From Eledone cirrhosa (Eukaryota): DNA of 64,000 nt. The stretch lies in assembly GCA_964016885.1 (NCBI GenBank), contig OZ024742.1, forward strand, positions 76,198,001-76,262,000. The letters are read 5' to 3'. Made by a program: the position numbers and the translations under genes. The notes below the pieces were generated by a model. That model did not search any database and was not told where the DNA came from. It saw nothing but the letters and a program-made list of their open reading frames with translations. Position 1 is the stretch's first letter, and each line of letters starts with the position of its first letter. This document shows positions 12,362-25,496 of the stretch, piece by piece.

Positions 12362-13539
12362 ATACGCACGCATATATGTGTGTCTTTATTTGTGTGTGAA
12401 TCTATACATATATATATATATATATGTGTTTGTGTGTTTGTGTGTGTATGTCCTTCAAGCAGCAATAATCGGAATACAGTAATACTCATAATCAAACAAA
12501 TAATAACAAATGAGAAAAAATCAAAAATAATGTGATGATGACCATAAAAGTCGTAATAATGATGACTCCAATACTAATAAAACGAATAGTAATAATACTA
12601 ACCATAACAAATAGTTATATAAAATAACGTAACCATTAAAACATCATTAACGGAATTACGAAAGAAATAAAATAACGCAAAGGAAAACGATTGAAGAAAA
12701 GACGAGTAAATTTTATTGATTTATGTAAAGATGGAAATTGACCTAGATTACCGATAGTACTGTCGAGCTATGGAACCTTTGTTTATAAAACCAACAATTA
12801 TGTGGTCTATCTTCACTTGATAATTCATGTAATCATTTCCTTATATAGAAGATCAATTCGCATTTTAATTATAGTTGTTTGAATGTTTTTAAAATGACAT
12901 TTGTTATAACCAATGTTTATATACCCTATTCATACAAGAATATCGAGAAAGAAACATTTCCTATACTAATGTTTTCTCCCATGTTTTTGATATTCTCTAT
13001 AGTCTAGATTTAAAACAACTTAGCAATATGTTAGTATAAAAAGATTTTGTTTAATCATTACGGTTATGATTTAAAACAAATAAAACTTAGAATCGCAAAA
13101 TAAACGATATTCAAAGAAATGGAACTCGTGAATGTTTCGCATATAATTAAAAAAATTCTTGAGTCAGAACGACATCAATGCTTTATCCCAGTAGGTATAC
13201 ACTAGCCACCCGTAATATTTATTTTATATTCGCCTATTCTTTAACATTTGCAGCTAGCGCTCCACTTAGATTCAGGATTTACATTATTTTAAAATCAAGA
13301 GCAAAACATTCCCGTTTACTACGAAAGTTATGCGTAATGATATTTTATTGTTTCACTTAAGCACATTTTTTAATCACTTCACCCCATTTACACGGCTGCG
13401 TCTAATTAATAATTGACCAACTAACATATATTCACTATAACTATCTTTCAAACCTCATACGTAATGAGTGCAGATGTGCTATGCATAAACTACATATTCT
13501 CCTAAATCAATGTGCACCGCGTGAGCTATTTCCTCAGGC

Positions 13540-14440
13540 ACTACAATTATAATCTAAAGTTTCTGTCTTGTAGATCTATCGCCCTATAATTTATTCACCT
13601 GTATTTAGTTATGACAGCATAAGTATCCCCCTCACAACAATAGGCATGTATCAAACGTCGCCTCAGTGGCTTCCATATCGTGAACAGCCCATTTTGTCTC
13701 TATCACCCATGTAATCTTTGTTTTTTATTTGTACCATTATCATTATTTAGGCTTATATTCGATCATAAGTTATATTCATTTATTAAATATTTTATTTAAC
13801 CTTCTAATTTTCTTATGGTTCATGAAAGATATATTGTCAGTTAATTTTGATTTTGTACTTAGGGCCGTTCCACAGTATGCCCATTAAAAAGTTCATCATA
13901 ATTATGCATCAGAGGAAAAATTTCATCTAATATTCCAAAGAATATTTTAGGATTGCACGAAGTAGCATTCCTCCGTTCGTAACTTTTTTGATTAAATATT
14001 ACCCTTATACTCTGTTATTGGAATTCTCTTCATATTCATCGTATCTAAATTGTGATTGTTATGTTTATTCTTGGTAGGCTTGCTTAGCTTATCCGAATTA
14101 TCACTGTTATTCTATATGCTCTTTTCATTTACACTTCAATTCAAATAATGTACGAGACTTGTGTTTAATCAATTAGTACCTGCATTCCTATTGCGTAGAA
14201 GAATTTTGTATATCGATTTGACAATTTGGTTACTGTTGTTCCCGTTGAATCTACTAATGCTGTAATACTCACTCTTAGTGTTTACACAACCAATCGTTTC
14301 TTGCCCAGAAACTACTTCATTATTCGGGATATACCCAGACCCGTTAAAATCATTATTAGAGGAGTGATCGTTTCCTTGGTAACCAATGCCACAATATATC
14401 TATGTCATCCGCTCCATGGTTGATGATTCTCAGTTACTGG
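13540..14440 (-). mobile_element. Highly decayed non-LTR retrotransposon relic (possibly R4/Dong-like)
   Basis: Coding-like composition with weak RT-like peptides on the minus strand; many stops. Confidence 0.3.
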
Positions 14441-14744
14441 ATGAACATTGCTTGATATGAGACCGCCCTTACTTTTGTTACGCAGCAAAGCTGTGAGAGT
14501 TAGATTTCAACATGCTTAAAACGTGGCGAGCAAGCGGGCAAGAAGCGCTTCAACCTGCCCAAATGAATACCTACCCCAATACCCCCCATCCCCACCCCTC
14601 GCAGGCGTTAACCTCTCTCGGAAAGAGTGACTGGCCCTGAATCCGCTCAGGTAGGTGCCGGACAATTCAATGCAATCATGCAGCACTGTGGGCTACATCT
14701 ATCAACAACTTGCAGGTGTGGCTCGTCTTTCATATATATATACA

Positions 14745-14795
<51 letters not shown>

Positions 14796-14838
14796 GTATA
14801 TATACATATGTGTATAAATGAGTGCATATACATATACG

Positions 14839-14921
<83 letters not shown>

Positions 14922-14925
<4 letters not shown>

Positions 14926-16905
14926 ATAGGGAGAAAACGAAGATTATTAGAAAGAAAAATATATTTTTTTCCTTTAATTTTTTTCTCTTTTTCTGGGATA
15001 CTACCGTAACAGCAGGACTCAATATAACCACACAAGGCAATGCTACTACAACTACCACCAAGTCTACATACCCTACAACAACAGCAGGGCTCAACACAAC
15101 CATACAATACAACCTAACTTCAACAACCACCACAACTACACACCCTATAATCACGTCCATCATATCTACACACCCTACAATAACAGCACGGCTAAATACA
15201 ACCACACGACACCACCGAACTTCAACAACCGCCACAGCTACACACCCTCTAACAACAACAGCAGGGGCCAATACAACCATAAGAGACATCCAAACTTCAA
15301 CAACCACCACAACTTACGTAGACACAGCACACAGACACAGGGTAACGAGATAACACAAAACACACAGGAGACACAAGATGTAATACAAATCGTTAATTTA
15401 ACCTCTAAAGAATTAACAACAGACCAATTCAATATACTCTCCAAAGGTCTGAAATTTACACCAACTCCTCAACGAGCAAACTACCTCGAAATGAAGGAAG
15501 ACATTGCAGAATTCTGGAGAAAACTAAGACTGAGCGAGCAACTATACGACAAATAAGATGAAGATGACTCAATAGCCGGAAATCGAAGCAACTACACGCC
15601 ACTAAAAGTCAAGAAAAAATTATTCAATCAATTCTGCGAACACATTACTAATTACCCATACGACCACCTACACAGACATAAACAAAAACCAAACCTAACC
15701 AAAAAGGAATGGTCTTCACAGTCTAAAGAACGACAACACCTTAGCAATCAAAGAGGCGGACAAATGGAGTGCTGTAGTCCTCATGAGGACAGATTACTAC
15801 ACGACTCTAGTACTCTCAACGCTAGAAAACCAAACATATTACGAAAAGGCCCAACACTACACACAACAAAAATAATGAGAAACCTAAAATCCCTAACAAC
15901 CCTTTACATAGAAGGCCTTACCGACAAGGAATACAACTATATCACCAATTTCAAAAGCAGAACCAGCCTTTTCTACGATATCCCGAAGACACACAAAAGC
16001 GAAATAATAGGCAGGGCCTGCAAGCAAGCCACAGGCATTTACATCAATATACCCCCTCGTGATGACCTTAAATTAAGACCCATAATAGCAGATACCACAA
16101 GTGAAACCCACTGCCTAAGCAACTTCCTATATATTCTACTTAAACCTTTCCTAATACACATAAAATGCTTCATAAGGGACGACCTTGTCTTGCTCAACCA
16201 CCTCCCAACAACACTTAATAAGGAACATACCCTTCTAGTAACCTTTGATGTCATCAATCTATATTCCAATATCCCACACAACCTAGCTATAGAGGCAATA
16301 CAATTCTGGCTTGGAAATTTCCCAAGTGAACTTCCACAGCGCATCCCTAAATCATTTGTGTTAGAGGGACTCGAATTCATCTTGGAAAACAACTTCTTCG
16401 AATTCGATGCCAAATACTACAGACAGAAATCTGGGACCGCCATCGGCAGGAAAGTATCCCCCTCATACGCCAACCTTGTCATGGGATATTTGGAAACCAC
16501 AAAGTTCTAGACAAATACGGTAACGAATTGTACCTACACAGAGAAAAAAACTGGAAGAGATATTTGGACGAATGCTTCATCCTCTGGCATGAAAGTATAG
16601 AAGCATTGATTGAGTTTAAAACCATTCTAAATGGACTCAACACAAACTTACAACTTACAATGTATTACAGCCATGAACAACTCCCTTTCCTCGACATCCT
16701 CATAAAAAACACACAACGAAATAGAAACAGACATATACTAAAAACCCACAGACTCCAAACAAAGCTTCCAATTAACTGGTGACACCCTCGCCATACCAAA
16801 ATGGCAATTCCTTATAACCTAGCCAGAAGTATCTGCACAATAGTTTCAGATGAATACACATGCTATACACGACTAGAACAATTAAAGAACACACTTATCA
16901 GCAGA
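14922..16905 (+). pseudogene. Neptune-like PLE reverse transcriptase region (stops/frameshifts), preceded by an inverted tail fragment
   Basis: ILSKGLKFTPTP, IKEADK, FYDIPKTHK, LRPII, LVTFDVINLYSNIPH, YRQKSGTAIG, WKRYLDECF, LPFLDI; 14922-14997 duplicates 17080-17157. Confidence 0.88.
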
Positions 16906-17079
16906 ACCAATATTGTTTTAAATTAGTATTTTTTCAACTTAGCTAACTTGTTCATTTACACTTCGAATACATGTATACTTCTATCGGTGTTCATTCCTCT
17001 CATATATTCAATTGTATATATATATATATAATAATAATAAAATGTGGAAAAGGAGCACACGATTTGGAATATATATATG

Positions 17080-18282
17080 AAAATAGGGAGAAAAAGACGA
17101 TTATTAGAAAGAAAAAAATATTTTTTTCCCTTTTATTTTCTTCTCTTTTTTTCTGGGTTAGAAAATGTTTAAAACAAAATATTTTACTTTGTGTGAAGTC
17201 TTAAGGTATTAGCTAATTTATTTATTAATTAACAATGGCATTTATTTATTTATTTAATAATTATCTATTACCGGTTTCAGCGTTTTATGCATTATCAAAG
17301 GGGGGAATTTGTATTGGTGTAAAATGTTGGTGATGTTGAACATGTTAAGGAAATGGTGAAGAAAGAATAATGTTATTTACAAACAAGGTTTTTGAAGTGA
17401 AAAGAAAAAGGAAAAAAAAAGGAGGATAATGTGGAACATGATAAGGCAATGGGAAACAAAAAAATATTATTATTTACAGGCATAGTTCTTGAAGATAAGC
17501 AGTTCAAAATGTGTTATTATGGCATGAGCGCTTGTTGGTCCACGATGGAGGCAAATGGTAGTCTTGGGTTTCATATGATTTCCCCTTTTAGAGAGTTAAT
17601 ATGCAGGGGGATGTAATTCAGGGTGGTCAGGTAGGGGAGAGAGAAATGAGAGGGCGTAATTCATTTATATAAGAAAAAGGATTAGGTAGGGTGTTAGGGA
17701 GGTAACTCTTTACAGAGCTTGGAAATCGGGGCATTGGTTCATTGTTTGTTCCAGTTTTAGTTTAGTCCGAAGTTTAGTCCATTAAGTAGAGGTTGGAATT
17801 TGTTAATCAAGAACGTTTCCTTATTGGTACGATGGATGAAAGAAGTGTTGTCGGCTGAATATGTAAATGGGGAAAATTGTTAAGTTTGGATGTTAGTTAG
17901 GTGTACAATTGGTGATATATTCATTAAAAGCAATCTTTCTGTATTCCTCTATTTTGATTTGTGATCTATGGACGGTCATGTGTTGTAGGAGGCTGCTTTT
18001 AGTCTGTCCTATGTAGAGCTCTCGACAACTTGAGCAGGTCAAAACATAGGTTTTCAGATGCACATGTAAAGTTGAATTTAACTGTGAAATGTTGTCCATG
18101 TTTAAAATGGAATGTTGAACCTTCTATTAGATTTATGCATATATACCACAGTTGGGCCTTCCGCATTTTCTTTTTTTGCTGTAGGATTCATTGTGAGGGT
18201 TGGTTGGATTTTCGCTTGTGTGAGGATGTTCTTTATGGATTTATGTTGTCTTTTGCTCTTTTTGATGTTGTGTGTTTGGAGG
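17080..18282 (-). pseudogene. GIY-YIG domain and 3' tail of the same Neptune-like PLE, inverted relative to its RT
   Basis: Minus, across frameshifts: CGRPNCG, FTCASENL, YVLTCSSCRELYIGQT, E.FLINKFQP; the tail ends at (TA)n near 17070. Confidence 0.82.
17264..17305 (-). ncRNA. Minimal hammerhead motif, U3-A8 compensatory core
   Basis: Minus: TTGATAA-TGC-ATAAAAC-GCT-GAAACCGGTA; palindromic stem III ACCGGT, GUA site; lies in the PLE 3' tail. Confidence 0.6.
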
Positions 18283-18283
18283 A

Positions 18284-19368
18284 TTCAATTGTATTACACG
18301 GCTCGGAAAGATTCCCTTCCTTGAGCTATTTAATTGTAAAAGACTATTTTGAGTTTCTAACTCAATCTGTGATATTCTCAGCTCCATACGTAAAGCTAAC
18401 TTTAGTCTCACAAAACCGGCTGTTATTTTTAGCGGCATGAGTATGAGACGTGCTAGGCACTGCAACATGTGCTTTTATATCAACACATAGTTCAGTCTTC
18501 TTAGATCTTTTGAAGTGAAAGCTACGAATTTCCTGGATACCCACAGAAGAGTACAAGAATGGTGACTCTCACTTAATAATTCTTGCGAACAGATTTTAGA
18601 TCTGTCGGGGTATCGAAGGCAGATGCCCAATATAGGTTTGTTATTTTTATTGGTTTATTACTTTAAATCGAGACAGGCAAATCATATTGTTTTAAATTAG
18701 TATATTTTCAACCTAGATACCTTGTTCATTTACCATTCGGACACATGTATACTTCTATCGGTGTTCATCCCTCTCATATATTCAATTGTATTACACGGCT
18801 CGGAAAGATTCCCTTCCTTGAGCTATTTAATTGTAAAAGACTATTTTGAGTTTCTAATTCAATCTATGATATTCTCGGCTCCATACGTAGAGCTAACTTT
18901 AGTCTCATAAAACCGGCTGCTATTTTTAGCGGCTTGAGTATGAGACGCGCCAGGCACTGCAACATCTGCTTTTATATCAACACATACTTCAGTCTTCTTA
19001 GATCTTTTGAAGTGTAAGCTACGAATTTCCTGGATACCCGCAGAACAGTACAGGAATGGTGACTTTCACTTAATAATTCTTGTGGAACAGATTTTAGATC
19101 TGTGCCGGTATCGGAGGCAGTTGCCCATATATAGGTTTGTTATTTTTATTGGTTTATTACTTTAAATCGAGACAGGCAAACCATATTGTTTTAAATTAGT
19201 ATTTTTTCAACCTAGGTAACTTGTTCATTTACAATTCGAACACATGTATACTTCTATCGGTGTTCATTCCTCTCATATATTCAATTGTATTACACGGCTC
19301 GGAAAGATCCCCTTCCTTAAGATATTTAATTGTAAATGACTATTTTGAGTTTCTAACTCAATCTAGGA
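18284..19368 (+). mobile_element. Tandem ~497-499-bp non-coding units (2.2 copies), each with a hammerhead motif: retrozyme-like
   Basis: Units start TTCAATTGTATTACACGG at 18284, 18781 and 19280; further fragment at 16905-17015; ends in (TA)n. Confidence 0.8.
18536..18614 (+). ncRNA. Type I hammerhead motif in the 497-bp unit (more decayed copy at 19033-19112)
   Basis: GATACCC-A-CAGAAGA-GTACAAGAAT...ATTCTTGC-GA-ACAGAT-TTTAG-ATCTGTC-GGGGTATC; three stems and a GUC site; the GAAA box lacks one A. Confidence 0.6.
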
Positions 19369-19617
19369 TATATATATATATATATATATATACGGATTAA
19401 CAAATAATAGTTAAATGCAGTGCAGTCCACTTAGGTGAAGTCCAGTTATGGTATTCCAGGTAGTGGATGATATTAACGCTTGGCTTGGTTTGACTCAACA
19501 AGGCGTTTTCATAGTGATGCCGCGGGTATGCTGTAATTCCTATCTTGTAAACACTTGGAGTAATAATAAATCAGGAAAGAAGGTTTACATGGTTTGCTAT
19601 ACAAAAAAGGTTTTAAT

Positions 19618-19734
19618 CACATAGCTTACATTTGTTTCACTGAACTGGTATGTCTAGAGATCGCTATCCGCCTAATTTTGCGTCACTCGAACGCCAATAC
19701 AGAATTATAACCAGTCAGATCTTCGGAGCACGCG
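19618..19734 (-). ncRNA. Hammerhead motif with extended stem II (U4C core)
   Basis: Minus: GCT-CCGAAGA-T-CTGACTGGT...ACCAGTTCAG-T-GAAACA-AA-TGTA-AGC. Confidence 0.7.
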
Positions 19735-20090
19735 AGAATGAAGAAAATACACAGGCAAGAAAAGAAAAGAAAATATGGAGTAGATATGGCATTCAATTAG
19801 AACAATAACAACAACAATTATTACAACAATGCTATCAATAAACTATTTAAGGAGACCCTGACATTACTTAGGTGGGGGGGTATATAATGTATCTAATGTA
19901 ACGGCGTAAAAACCAGCTATCATAAGGCAAACAGTATCGTAGTGTGTATCAATTTTAAATTATAAAGATAAGCTACTTTTTACAGACTTTCTCTTCATCT
20001 TCAACAGTATACATGAGTGGGACCACTGTCAAAGCTCAATAGTTGTAGAGTTAATACAGAGGTTAACGAATTAATATACGCATATATCTA

Positions 20091-20162
<72 letters not shown>

Positions 20163-20499
20163 AATATAAATATATATACACATATATGTGTACATAGACA
20201 CATACATACACATCAATATACACTCGTACAAAAATATACATACATGCAAAGAGAAAAGCGTGCTAATTGTAATTATGGCAAAAAGAAGGTAAAGTAACAT
20301 TGTAGTAGTGAAATGAGAAAAACTAGGATCTAGGATCAAATGATTGCAGCAGCTGAGAAGGAGTATGATTGTTGGTAGATCAGGTATTTACAGACAATTG
20401 TGTGGTATAGACTTGTGAAGGAAATAGTATACTTAATGAATATATTTCTGTGGGTAGTAGGTATCCTAATTTAAAGCTATGTTATGTTGGTTCGATTCA

Positions 20500-20890
20500 C
20501 GGAGGTTTGAATCTTATGAATTTAGTGGCTATTCTATGTCTGCAGAAGATAGATCTTTCTAAATTATTATTAAGTAGCCTTTTAACGTTTCTAAGGATAT
20601 ACAATAGCTCAAGATCACACAGCCCGCAATAGACATACCTGTACTATAGGTTTTAGCAGCCGACAACTTCGACCAGTTGATAGTGTAGCTAGCGTTGCTG
20701 TCCTTCAATTCCCATATTTTTCTGGCGAGGGTGGTGGAACCCATAAGTGCTCGGTTTTTCATTGAGTGCCTGTGCACATACCATCTTTTCTTAAAAGAAC
20801 CCGCGGTGGATCCTATGTAATTCCAGGTGGAGTTACCCGAGATGACAGTGCACAGGTACACCAGGCTCGAATCGAGACATCTGTTCGCCA
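20500..20890 (-). pseudogene. GIY-YIG endonuclease C-terminal fragment of PLE
   Basis: CLDSSLVYLCTV...YIGSTAGSFKKRWYVHRHSM...TTLARKIWELK...INWS, then frameshifted CGLC...FCRH. Confidence 0.85.
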
Positions 20891-21277
20891 ATTCTATCTT
20901 CTGCAGACATAGAATAGCCACCAAATTCATAAGATTCAAACCTCCGTGAATCGAACCAACATAACATAGCTTTAAATTAGGATACCTACTACCCACAGAA
21001 ATATATTCATTAAGTATACTATTTCCTTCACAAGTCTATACCACACAATTGTCTGTAAATACCTCATCTACCAACAATCTTACTCCTTCTCAGCTGCTGC
21101 AATCATTTGATCCTAGATCCTAGTTTTTCTCATTTCACTACTACAATGTTACTTTACCTTCTTTTTGCCATAATTACAATTAGCACGCTTTTCTCTTTGC
21201 ATGTATGTATATTTTTGTACGAGTGTATATTGATGTGTATGTATGTGTCTATGTACACATATATGTGTATATATATT

Positions 21278-21356
<79 letters not shown>

Positions 21357-21647
21357 AGATATATGCGTATATTAATTCGTTAACCTCTGTATTAACTCTA
21401 CAACTATTGAGCTTTGACACTGGTCCCACTCATGTATACTGTTGAAGATGAAGAGAAAGACTGTAAAAAGTAGATTATCTTTATAATTTAAAATTGATAC
21501 ACACTACGATACTTTTTGCCTTATGACAGCTGGTTTTCACGCCGTTACATTAGATACATTATATACCCCCACCTAAGTAATGTCAGGGTCTCCTTAAATA
21601 GTTTATTGATAGCATTGTTGTAATAATTGTTGTTGTTATTGTTCTAA

Positions 21648-21830
21648 GTGGATTGGCAGTATCGGTTGAGAGTCGGACGCCATGCTTTCCAGCATAGTTA
21701 CGTCCCTTTACGATCTGAGTTCAAATCCCGCCGAGGTTGACTTTGCCTTTCATCCTTACGGGGTCGATAAAATAAAGTACCAGTAATGCACTGGGTAATT
21801 CTGGCCTTGTGCCTAAAGTAGAAACAGTTA
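21648..21830 (+). mobile_element. tRNA-derived SINE with target-site duplication
   Basis: B-box GAGTTCAAATCC; TSD GTTATTGTTCTAAGTG on both sides; absent from the left arm of the inverted repeat. Confidence 0.9.
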
Positions 21831-21901
21831 TTGTTCTAAGTGAATGCCATAACTACTCCATATTTTCTTTTCTTTTCTTGCCTGTGTATTTTCTTCATTC
21901 T

Positions 21902-22018
21902 CGCATGCTCCGAAGATCTGATTGGTTATAATGCTGTATTGGCGTTCGAGTGACGCAAAATTAGGCGGATAGCGATCTCTAGACATACCAGTTCAGTGAA
22001 ACAAATGTAAGCTATGTG
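21902..22018 (+). ncRNA. Hammerhead motif with extended stem II (inverted-arm copy)
   Basis: CGCATGCT-CCGAAGA-TCTGATTGGT...ACCAGTTCAGT-GAAACAAATGTA-AGCTATGTG. Confidence 0.7.
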
Positions 22019-22064
22019 ATTAAAAACTTTTTTGTATAGCAAACCATGTAAACCTTCTTTCCTG

Positions 22065-22132
<68 letters not shown>

Positions 22133-23083
22133 TCATTTAAAAAAACAACGGAAGGCCAGGCAGGAATTATAATTTTAAAGTTTTAATGTTAAAAACACAA
22201 TAACAGAAATACCGCAAACACAAACAGAGTATACAGAGTAGTTTTGATATGGAGATGGCCAGCCAATTCGGTGTTCTTTTTGTGGCATAATCTTGCTATC
22301 AATTAATCAATTTTCTATCCACATCTAATGAAATAGACAAAGTCTTACGGTATGATCGGAAATATATAACTAGGCCGTTGAAATACATATAGTGTTTTTG
22401 CAACAGTAAAATGTTAAAAGAATATTCCTAGTTCAGCTTTCCGTTGCATTTAAATAAATATGTAACTCCGTTCCGGCACCAGCCACGGGATACCATATCT
22501 GCGCTGGATGAATATGCATAATATCGAGAGATTCAATTTATTACATCATAGTTTGCTAACCAGAATGAAGAGTTCTACCCATTGGTAACAAAAACACAGC
22601 ACAAATGCCCCCCCCCCAATATATATATATATATATATGTAAAATTTAATTTACATATTTTATTGATTATCGAATTGATACTTTCTTTACAAAGATGACT
22701 GGCTCTAAAGATGACTGGCTTTAAAACTAAATCATCTTGTTCATACTAAACAAATACGTCAATACTCATCTTTTTCCATTTTTTAGTTGGTCCACCACCC
22801 CACGATCAGGCTAAAATTGCTTTAGTCAAAAATATGACGAAAGCTTCTATTTCTCTCTCTCTCCATCTTCACCCCTCTCTCTCAATCTATCTATCTATGC
22901 CCCCCTTCTCTTTCTCTCTAATCATATGAATATACTTTGTTGTCTCTGTTCAAGACGAAGTGGCAGTATATTTGAATGTATAGACAATGAGAAACTCAAC
23001 GCAAGTATAGTTGTTAAAACAGGTGACATTGACAGCATTTGGCTGTTTTAAATACTAAACTTGCGTTGAATCTTTTCACACAA

Positions 23084-23131
<48 letters not shown>

Positions 23132-24035
23132 GTGTGTGTGTGTGTGTTTTAGACATTATAATTAATGTGTCTTTTGTAAAAACATAAATACGTAAAAAAA
23201 TATTACGATTAGAAACAATTGTTTTCTACTGGCATACGTAAAATGTTACGGTTCTGCTAGCTATCAAATTAAGGAGTTAAATAACAGATATATGGCCCTA
23301 AAGAAAAAGATAATAAAGAAGTCGAGAAAACACGAAAGAGAGAATTTAGTGAGTCAGGGAGAGGGGAGAAAGATACATTCATGTGCATAGGGTATGGTCG
23401 CTTGTGAGAGGGAGGGGGAGAGGAAAGAGAGAGGAATATATGTATATGCGTGATCTCTTACGTAAACGCAAGTATCAATCAGTATAGCAATACTGCTATA
23501 TATTTTGAATTATCTTCTTTACACGCTCCTATCTACACTTATCTATCAGTTGATTCCTCTAATGATCATTCTTCATTTATTTGTGACTCTTACAACGCGT
23601 GTTTGCATCAGTTCCATATAAATGGAAGTGCTGTATTCATATTAGAAACCTGACGATATTAAATAAAGCAACAAGAAAAATTAGAACCACTAAAATTTTC
23701 TGATAGAACTTAAATAGGGAAGCAGTATAGAACATTCAATTGTAATATATTATGTTATGGATATCGCGAAAATCTTCACACGGTAAGAATACAGTGCATA
23801 ACACAGTGAAGTGGCGCATACATACACACACGCGCGCACACACACATAATATATATATATATATACACACACATATATATATATATAGAGAGAGAGAGAG
23901 GGAGAGAGAGAAATCTACCAAAATATACGGTAGTGTCCAATCCGTATGAAGAACTCAATGTAATCCAAATATCATGAAAAGAGAAGATGTATTCAAACAT
24001 TTTTCGATGAAAATCACAGGAAAACAGAGTCAATA

Positions 24036-24341
24036 TAAATTAATAAAAACAATGAATAAAAACAAAGAAACAGTTCCTTATATTAAAAAATTCATCATTT
24101 TACGATCGTTTCTAGGATATATATGTGTGTGTTGGTATGTATATCATATAGATCTATGTAAACATTTTACAAACTATCAGAGGGAATATACATACCTACA
24201 CATATATATGCTGTCTTCAGAAGACAGCATATATATGTGTAGGTATATATATGTGTAGGTATCCTAGAAACGATCGTAAAGTGTTGAATTTTTTAATATA
24301 AGGAACTGTTTCTTTGTTTTTATTCATTGTTTTTATTAATT

Positions 24342-24342
<1 letters not shown>
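24036..24342. mobile_element. Fold-back insertion with a hammerhead motif
   Basis: 24036-24118 is the reverse complement of 24260-24342; central palindrome ATATATGCTGTCTTC-A-GAAGACAGCATATAT; minus strand reads CTGAAGA...CTA-GAAACGATCGTA. Confidence 0.7.
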
Positions 24343-24379
<37 letters not shown>

Positions 24380-25136
24380 AAGATTACTATACCAAGGGTT
24401 TTACACCACCGGTCCACCGCTCCAGGTATCCACCCTGCTATGCTCGGAATTTTCAACATCGTTCCTATACTCAACGGAAAAACATCCAGGAACACACAAA
24501 CACTTACACTATTTTCGGACCACGCAACCATACATCCACACCACATAAAAACACACACACACACACACACGTGCGTATCCTCACATACGCACACTCAGTC
24601 TCCGCCCCCCCCTCTCCCTCAAACCTTATGACCCCTCTCCATCCCCACACACATACTTACTTACACCCCACCTCACGTACACACGGGTTTTCCTATTAAC
24701 CGAACATGGAATCCCGTTCTTCACTAAACTCTCACATTCACATCCACCCACGCACTCACACACACGTACACCTACACACATACACACACACTGCATTCCG
24801 CCCTCCCCGCTCGGACCCACTCTCTCCCTCTCCCCCTCCCCCCTCCATCCACCCATCACCACCGCTACACGCCTCACACCTTTTCAGCTTCTATATATAA
24901 TCACATATATATATAACAAAGAGGGTGTGGTAAGATACCAGGTGGACCATAACGCACCAGATTACTCATTACGTAGGGTAGTTTAGTGGGTAATAGGAAA
25001 AGAGTCAGGACCTCGACGGTTGAGTACCGCCGGCTTCGACAGCTGACTCTTTTCCTATTAAACACACACCCACAAATATATATATATATATATAAATTCA
25101 AAATATTAACAAAATAGATATTCTTGTGATCAAGTA

Positions 25137-25203
25137 TATTTTATTATGCATATTTCAGAGGTACTGGGTTAACTTCAACAGTACGCCCTCATCAGATAAA
25201 ATA
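25137..25203 (-). ncRNA. Type I hammerhead motif (related to family A)
   Basis: Minus: TATTTTAT-CTGATGA-GGGCGTACTG...CAGTACCTCT-GAAA-TATGCATA-ATAAAATA. Confidence 0.78.
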
Positions 25204-25458
25204 AGATGATGATGACATACCCTGACATAGTAGATGGTTAAAATTCAGTCATGGTAGTGACTGAGTCTATATATAGTATCTGTATATTGTGAAGAAACGA
25301 ATCTTTCAATGTATATTTCCAAAGATGTTTACTTCGTTTTAATTGTATTCTTTACTATTCTTTCAAAATTTACTATATACAACTGGCAGTTCATTTTCCA
25401 TTGATATCTTCTTTTCCTCTACAAAATGTCTCGCACCCATTGATAATACCTCCAATTC

Positions 25459-25496
<38 letters not shown>

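Larger units (their letters stand above)
19392..22068. mobile_element. Hydra-clade-like PLE 3' fragment with ~1-kb inverted tail duplication
   Basis: ~19570-20533 is the reverse complement of ~20895-22068 (apart from a SINE insert); the spacer encodes GIY-YIG on minus; (TA)n at both ends. Confidence 0.88.

Noticed and set aside
14808-15353. Thr-rich mucin-like ORF
   Set aside because: CAA-rich, internally repeated 5' region of the PLE fused to a TA tract; no evidence for a host gene
18284-19368. CRISPR-like or prokaryotic repeat array
   Set aside because: Long ~500-bp units with no spacers, no cas genes and a eukaryotic context
21648-21735. tRNA gene
   Set aside because: B-box present but no full cloverleaf; it is the head of a multicopy SINE with TSDs
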